From IMG/VR virus record IMGVR_UViG_3300044960_000113, positions 120,281 to 184,280 of that record: DNA of 64,000 nt; one strand, 5' to 3'. This document shows, one piece after another, positions 58,368-64,000 of the stretch. The notes under the pieces are model-generated. The model worked only from the letters and a program-made list of their open reading frames with translations, was not told the DNA's origin and made no database searches. The DNA is from a virus. Numbering within the stretch: position 1 is the first letter of the stretch; every line of letters begins with the position of its first letter. The position numbers were made by a program, and so were the translations under genes.

Positions 58368-58869
58368 AAATAAAAAATATTCTTTACGATATGACGGTGT
58401 AATTGAAGTTGAACCAGAAATGGTTCCAGAAATGATTATTCGTGGATTAAATCCGAGTCAAATTTGTGTGACAGAAATAAACGAAGATATAGAAAAATTT
58501 AATTTACGTTCAGATATAAAAATAGAAAAAATTTCTGATAATATCAAAGATTTAAATTTTGATTGGAACTTACCAGAAAAATATTTAAATATTGATATTG
58601 ATAATTATGTACGTTCTCTCATAAAAGATGTAAATGATGATAGAATAATTGCTAGAGTTGAAAATGAATTAGCAGAAATAAGAAAAAGAAAATTACAAAA
58701 TCTATTTAAATGCATAATCTATATTATAGATACGTTTAAAGAAAAAAATATCGTGTGGGGAATAGGTAGAGGATCATCTTGTGCTTCATATATTTTATAT
58801 ATTCTAGGATTACATTGTGTAGATCCTATAAAATTTAACATACCGATGAGTGAATTTTTTCATGATTAA
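58357..58869 (+). CDS. DnaE-like (family C polymerase) N-terminal fragment
   Basis: WGIGRGSSCASYILYILGL...DP. Confidence 0.8.
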   Translation: MRTKNKKYSLRYDGVIEVEPEMVPEMIIRGLNPSQICVTEINEDIEKFNLRSDIKIEKISDNIKDLNFDWNLPEKYLNIDIDNYVRSLIKDVNDDRIIARVENELAEIRKRKLQNLFKCIIYIIDTFKEKNIVWGIGRGSSCASYILYILGLHCVDPIKFNIPMSEFFHD

Positions 58870-58977
58870 TAATAATTATTGAAAAAATAATATTCTTTAC
58901 TCGGGTGTTATAAATAATAATACAACTAATTATTATATTTATAACAAATAATAAATTTTTAAAAGGAGAACTTTAAT

Positions 58978-59256
58978 ATGTCAAAAAGAGCACGTAGTGC
59001 AAGAGGTGAAATTGTAGATTTTGATTTAATAGCAATTACACAGGCTTTAGCAGAAGCACCTGCTCCTGTAACAGTTAATGCTAGAAGAAAGTATATAGAT
59101 GAAAAAGAAAATAAAAATAAAACTATTAAAGGTGTACCATTGAAAAATGGTAGTAAACAACAAACACAATTACCTGAAGCATTAAAACTTGCAATTGAGT
59201 CAGCAGAAGAATCAAAAAAAGAATATACTAAAAAAAATAATAAACAGGAGGATTAA
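58978..59256 (+). CDS. hypothetical protein
   Basis: ORF track, AGGAG. Confidence 0.65.
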   Translation: MSKRARSARGEIVDFDLIAITQALAEAPAPVTVNARRKYIDEKENKNKTIKGVPLKNGSKQQTQLPEALKLAIESAEESKKEYTKKNNKQED

Positions 59257-59262
59257 TTAAAT

Positions 59263-59583
59263 ATGTCTCTTAAACCATTAAAAAATTATATTTTATTTGC
59301 ATTTATAGATGATTTATCAAATGGATTGTTTATATCAAAAACACGTTCTGGAATTTTGTTATCACAATCACCAAAAGACTTTGATTTACAAAAAATACCA
59401 AGATGGGGTAAAACTTTAGCAATTGGCAAAGATGTAAAAGATGTTTCAGTTGGTGATTTTATTCTCGTAGAAGGACTTCAATGGACTCAGGGTTTTGAAT
59501 ATGATGGAATAAAAATTTGGAAAACAGATGAAAAAAAGGTAATGGCTGTTACAGATGATATAAATATGTGTATTCAATTTTAA
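59263..59583 (+). CDS. GroES-like co-chaperonin
   Basis: LKPL; G-L loop; WGKTLAIG...VSVGD. Confidence 0.8.
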   Translation: MSLKPLKNYILFAFIDDLSNGLFISKTRSGILLSQSPKDFDLQKIPRWGKTLAIGKDVKDVSVGDFILVEGLQWTQGFEYDGIKIWKTDEKKVMAVTDDINMCIQF

Positions 59584-59600
59584 TTATTATTTAATGTATC

Positions 59601-60659
59601 GTGTTATTAGCTTTATTAACATTTATATCTGCATTTTTTATTGAATCATTAGGTACATGGGTATCAATAATAGGATTATCTGCATTTCTTGGATCTGATC
59701 CTATTATTTTAGCATTAGCCGCAGCGTTAGATGCTGGTAAATTATTAAGTGTCACAATACTTTATAAATGGTGGAAAAATCTTAATATATTGATGCGTTC
59801 ATATATGCTGATGGCAGTTTTTGTGACAATGTTTATAACATCAGCAGGAGCATTTGGATATTTATCAGCAGCATTTCAAAAAACAATAATACCAACAAAA
59901 ACCGGAATTGTAGAAGTTGAAGCTCTTAAAAAAGAAAAAATAACACTAACAGAAAGAAAATCTGAATTATTAAAACGTAAAAATGAAATTGATAAACAGA
60001 TTGCTGAACTTCCATCAAATTTTGTTAGAGGAAGACAAAAACTTATTAATGAATTTAAAGATGAATCTACACTCATATTAAATGAATCAAATAATATTAA
60101 CAAAAGATTATTAGATATAGAAAAAGAAATATTAAATAAAGAAATTCAGAATGTAGATGTACAGGCACATGCTGGACCAATTCTTTTTGTATCTGAAGCT
60201 TTTAATATTCCATTAGAACATGCTGTCAAATATATCATCTTGATGATAATTTTCGTTTTTGACCCACTAGCTGTTGTTTTAGTTGTTTCTGGAAATTTCT
60301 TATTAGATAGATATAGAGAGAGAAAAATAGTATATAGTAAAGAAAGTGTTCAAAAAAATGTAGAATTAAAAAATGATTTTGAAGAACAATTACATGTTGA
60401 AGAACCATCACCAACAATAAACACCGATGAAGAATTAAATATACTTTTATCAAGAGAAAAAGAAATAACAGAAGAACAGAAACAAGAACAGAAACAAGAA
60501 CAGAAACAAGAAGAGAAACAAGAAGAGAAACAAGAAGAGAATATATTTAATTCTAGTTTATCATCAATAGATTATGTAAAGGCTGATGTTTTTCCGGAGG
60601 AAAACTGGAGGCCAGTTAAACGAGAACTATTATCTAAATATCAAGATAAAATATCCTAA
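59601..60659 (+). CDS. multi-TM coiled-coil membrane protein
   Basis: N-terminal TMs, coiled coil, IFVFDPLAV. Confidence 0.7.
   Translation: MLLALLTFISAFFIESLGTWVSIIGLSAFLGSDPIILALAAALDAGKLLSVTILYKWWKNLNILMRSYMLMAVFVTMFITSAGAFGYLSAAFQKTIIPTKTGIVEVEALKKEKITLTERKSELLKRKNEIDKQIAELPSNFVRGRQKLINEFKDESTLILNESNNINKRLLDIEKEILNKEIQNVDVQAHAGPILFVSEAFNIPLEHAVKYIILMIIFVFDPLAVVLVVSGNFLLDRYRERKIVYSKESVQKNVELKNDFEEQLHVEEPSPTINTDEELNILLSREKEITEEQKQEQKQEQKQEEKQEEKQEENIFNSSLSSIDYVKADVFPEENWRPVKRELLSKYQDKIS
60471..60541 (+). repeat. 12-bp coding tandem repeat (QEQK/QEEK)
   Basis: About 6 CAAGAA(C/G)AGAAA units. Confidence 0.85.
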
Positions 60660-60721
60660 TAACATTTTCATATTTGTATATTAATTGATATAATTTAAAT
60701 ATTACATAAAAAGAGAAATTT

Positions 60722-61648
60722 ATGTCAAGAAAAAATATACTTTGGGTAGAAAAATATAGACCTCAGAATATAAATGAATACATTTTTCATGATGAACTTC
60801 TAAAGAAAAAAATAATTTCTATAATTAATAGTAATGATTTACCACATATATTATTATCAGGTGTTCAAGGTTCTGGTAAAACAACACTGTCCAATATTAT
60901 TTTAAATGAGCTAAATGTTAATAAAAATGATATATTACGTATTAATGCATCAGATGAAACAGGTGTGGATTCAATGCGTGATAAAATAAAATCATTTGCT
61001 CAAACATATGCACATGGAAAATTTAAAGTCGTTCAATTAGAAGAATGTGATTATTTAACACATAATGCGCAAGCAACATTAAGAACTATGATGGAAGATT
61101 ATTCTGAAAATTGTAGATTTATTGGTACATGTAATTATGAAAATAAAATAATACCAGCCCTTAAATCAAGGATGCAACATTTTCATTTTAAAAATCCTAA
61201 TATAGATGATATTTTAATTAAAATGGGTGAAATATTATCAAATGAAAATATTTATTTTGATATTGATGTATTATCAACATATGTATCAATAGCATATCCA
61301 GACATAAGAAAAATAATTAATCTTTTACAACAAAATTCTATAGATGGAAAATTACAATTTCCAAATAATAATGAATCTGAAATAGATTATAAATTTAAAT
61401 TATTAGATCTTATTGTTAAAAAAGATATTAGATCAGCAAGAAAATTAGTTGCATCAAGTGTATCACGCGATGAATATGAAGATTTTTATAGATTTTTATA
61501 TATGAATGTTGATAAATTAACAAAAAATGTTGATAAACAGGAATCAATTATCGTAATTATTTCAAATTACTTATATAAACATTCAATTGTTGCGGATCCT
61601 GAAATTAATGCTGCAGCATGTTTAATAGAAATATCGATGGTTATATGA
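60722..61648 (+). CDS. clamp loader ATPase (gp44/RFC-like)
   Basis: WVEKYRP; GVQGSGKTT; INASD; SRM. Confidence 0.93.
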   Translation: MSRKNILWVEKYRPQNINEYIFHDELLKKKIISIINSNDLPHILLSGVQGSGKTTLSNIILNELNVNKNDILRINASDETGVDSMRDKIKSFAQTYAHGKFKVVQLEECDYLTHNAQATLRTMMEDYSENCRFIGTCNYENKIIPALKSRMQHFHFKNPNIDDILIKMGEILSNENIYFDIDVLSTYVSIAYPDIRKIINLLQQNSIDGKLQFPNNNESEIDYKFKLLDLIVKKDIRSARKLVASSVSRDEYEDFYRFLYMNVDKLTKNVDKQESIIVIISNYLYKHSIVADPEINAAACLIEISMVI

Positions 61649-62106
61649 AAGATATAAAATATAAATTAGATATATTTTCACTATTTAATAAAATAGATAG
61701 TGGTGATTTTTCATTTTATGAAAAACTTTCTGAAGAAGAAAAAAAAGATTTTAATCCACTTATTATAATGCGTTGGATGAGTGGGTGTAACGACTATAGA
61801 CAAATAGTTTTTATAAATACATTTGTGAATACGATGATTTTTACATTATCTAAACATCCAGAACTTTTGTCAAAATTATTAGTTATTTCATCCTCAAAAC
61901 AGAAAAAACATTATCAATGGATGGGTCAAAAAAAATCAAATAAAATATCTAATAGAATAAAAATTTTATCAGAATATTTTGGATATTCAGAAAGAGAAGC
62001 AAAATTAAATATAAAATTAATCAATAATGACGAATATGAAAATATGGCAAATGAATTAGGATGGCAAAAAGATGAAATTGCTAAACTTAAAAAAGAATTA
62101 ACATGA
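61618..62106 (+). CDS. clamp loader small subunit (gp62-like)
   Basis: Position after gp44; F-P-IIMRWMS. Confidence 0.6.
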   Translation: MFNRNIDGYMKDIKYKLDIFSLFNKIDSGDFSFYEKLSEEEKKDFNPLIIMRWMSGCNDYRQIVFINTFVNTMIFTLSKHPELLSKLLVISSSKQKKHYQWMGQKKSNKISNRIKILSEYFGYSEREAKLNIKLINNDEYENMANELGWQKDEIAKLKKELT

Positions 62107-62813
62107 ATATAAAAGAATTAGCTAAATTTAGAAGAACAGAAAACCCATCTTGGCAATGTGGATATTGCAATAAATTATTTTTAACTGAAGATGGTTTTAT
62201 GTCGCATATTTGTTCTGCACGTGAAAGATTAGACGAACTTCGTAGTATTAATGGCCAAATAGCATATCAATACTATACAGAATGGATGAAATATAATAAA
62301 CGAAAAGCACCATCAATAGAAACTTTTGCGTCATCTAGATATTTTAGATCTTTTATTAATTTTGTTGAACATGTAAATAAATTAAAAATTCCAGACCCAT
62401 TAGCATTTATAAAATTAATGGTTGAAAAAGATATATCTCCAATGTTATGGAGAAGAGATCAATGTTATACATTATTTTTACATTATTATGATAAAAATGT
62501 TGATCCGTTAGAGCAAGTTGCATTATCAATAGAAACATTAATAGATATTTCAAATAAAAATAATATAGATCTCAAAAATATTTTTGAATATTTAGGTATT
62601 AAACGAATTATGGAATTGATACGATTAAGAAAATTATCTCCATGGTTGATATTTTGTTCTAAATCTTGTGGCGATTTTCTACATACTTTAAATAAAGAAG
62701 ATATGCAAGAACTTTCACAATTAATTAATCCAACATATTGGTCAGAAAAATTACAAATTAACGAAGAAATAGTAAAAGATATTTCTAAAATTTGTGATGA
62801 GGTAGGTTTATAA
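62103..62813 (+). CDS. C2H-C zinc-finger phage protein
   Basis: CGYC...HIC. Confidence 0.65.
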   Translation: MNIKELAKFRRTENPSWQCGYCNKLFLTEDGFMSHICSARERLDELRSINGQIAYQYYTEWMKYNKRKAPSIETFASSRYFRSFINFVEHVNKLKIPDPLAFIKLMVEKDISPMLWRRDQCYTLFLHYYDKNVDPLEQVALSIETLIDISNKNNIDLKNIFEYLGIKRIMELIRLRKLSPWLIFCSKSCGDFLHTLNKEDMQELSQLINPTYWSEKLQINEEIVKDISKICDEVGL

Positions 62814-62817
62814 TAAT

Positions 62818-63390
62818 ATGGATATTGATATAGATACACCAACAACATTTAATCCATTAGAAGTATTTCCTAATGTAACTAAAGCATGTATTATTAAAAA
62901 TGATGAGATTGTTCCTCATCCATGCGGTGTTTATTTTCAAAATATTCCACAAGATCCTATTACAAAATTATCTGCAATTCCATATGATATTGCTGAAGAG
63001 TTAAATTATCTTAAAATAGATTTTTTACATCTTGGTGTTTATGATAATTTTAAGTCTAGAGAAGAAATTGAAGAATTACTTAAGATTGATCCAGATTGGA
63101 ATTTATTATTAGTTCCATCTAATGTTAATAAATTATTTCAGATATCAAAACATTTAGATATATTATTAAAAATACGTCCAAAAAGTATTGAAGAATTAGC
63201 AGATGTTATAGCATTAATTAGACCGGGAAAAAGAGAATTATTAAATTTATATTTAGTTAATAAAGATATGGCAAGAAGAATATTATATGCAAAAGATGAA
63301 AATGGATTTAGTTTTAAAAAATCTCATGCTATTGCTTATAGTTTAGTTATTGTTTTACAATTGCATTTATTAAATTTGGGGTTATTATAG
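62818..63390 (+). CDS. DnaE-like (family C polymerase) catalytic fragment
   Basis: DIDID; HPCG; KIDFL; IRPG; FKKSHAIAY. Confidence 0.85.
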   Translation: MDIDIDTPTTFNPLEVFPNVTKACIIKNDEIVPHPCGVYFQNIPQDPITKLSAIPYDIAEELNYLKIDFLHLGVYDNFKSREEIEELLKIDPDWNLLLVPSNVNKLFQISKHLDILLKIRPKSIEELADVIALIRPGKRELLNLYLVNKDMARRILYAKDENGFSFKKSHAIAYSLVIVLQLHLLNLGLL

Positions 63391-63396
63391 AGAACT

Positions 63397-63999
63397 TCAT
63401 TTCCAAATAAATCTTCCGTTAATATCAATAAATGAATGATCTGGTTCTGATTTAAAATTATTATATTTACAATAAAAATCACCACCTACTTCTTTTGGTG
63501 CACCTTCCAATGATGTTAATTTATTATATGAACAATCAAAAAACCCACCAACTTCTCTTGGCCCACCTTTTAATGATGTTAATTTATTATATGAACAATT
63601 AAAATAGCCATTGACTTCTCTTGGTGCACCTTCTAATGATGTCAATTGATTATTTGAACAATAAAAATCACGACCAACTTCTCTTGGTGAACCATATAAT
63701 GATGTTAATTGATTATTTGAACAATAAAAATCACGACCAACTTCTCTTGGTGAACCTTGTAATGATGTTAATTGATTATTTGAACAATAAAAATCACCAC
63801 CTACTTCTCTTGGTCCCCCCTTTAATGATGTTAATTTATTATTTGAACAAACAAAATCACCACCTACTTCTCTTGGTGCACCTTGTAATGACGTTAATTG
63901 ATTATGATAACAATTAAAATCACTAAATACTTCTCTTGGTGCACCTTCTAATGATAATAATTGATTACTTTCGCAATAAAAATAATCACCAACTTCTCT
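63397..63999 (-). CDS. 22-aa LRR-like repeat protein, 5' truncated by the window edge
   Basis: Open frame of 66-bp repeats; C-terminus paralogous to 18673-18882. Confidence 0.85.
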   Translation of the reverse strand, partial: REVGDYFYCESNQLLSLEGAPREVFSDFNCYHNQLTSLQGAPREVGGDFVCSNNKLTSLKGGPREVGGDFYCSNNQLTSLQGSPREVGRDFYCSNNQLTSLYGSPREVGRDFYCSNNQLTSLEGAPREVNGYFNCSYNKLTSLKGGPREVGGFFDCSYNKLTSLEGAPKEVGGDFYCKYNNFKSEPDHSFIDINGRFIWK

Positions 64000-64000
64000 T

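Noticed and set aside
63397-64000. Diversity-generating retroelement target
   Set aside because: No reverse transcriptase or template repeat in the window; the variation is not restricted to adenines.

Overview
AT-rich segment of a jumbo phage genome with T4-like genes: gp32 SSB, UvsX, UvsY, UvsW, clamp loader, GroES, DNA ligase, split DnaE-like polymerase, class II RNR with a split intein, and TATAAATA late-promoter motifs. There are no rRNA genes and no CRISPR array. The left half is a near-complete translation-support kit on the minus strand, much of it invisible to the ORF track. It holds about 34 tRNA genes covering all 20 amino acids, a CCA-adding enzyme, a minimal RNase P RNA (4487-4707), a circularly permuted two-piece tmRNA (about 32200-32510), a 38-aa ArfA homologue, a group I intron in tRNA-Leu(UAA), two topologically rearranged tRNA-Arg genes, and several unexplained structured RNAs. 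The main find is that three tRNA clusters are each preceded by a 29-34 codon leader ORF and a terminator/antiterminator pair. Each leader is enriched in the amino acids of the tRNAs it precedes, which suggests ribosome-mediated attenuation that turns on the phage tRNAs whose host counterparts are depleted. The window also has a transposase-less TnpB, an endonuclease inserted in a tRNA anticodon, fatty-acid synthesis genes (FabF, FabI, MaoC-like), and a family of proteins with T4-like capsid-targeting N-termini. All calls are by eye, without tools.
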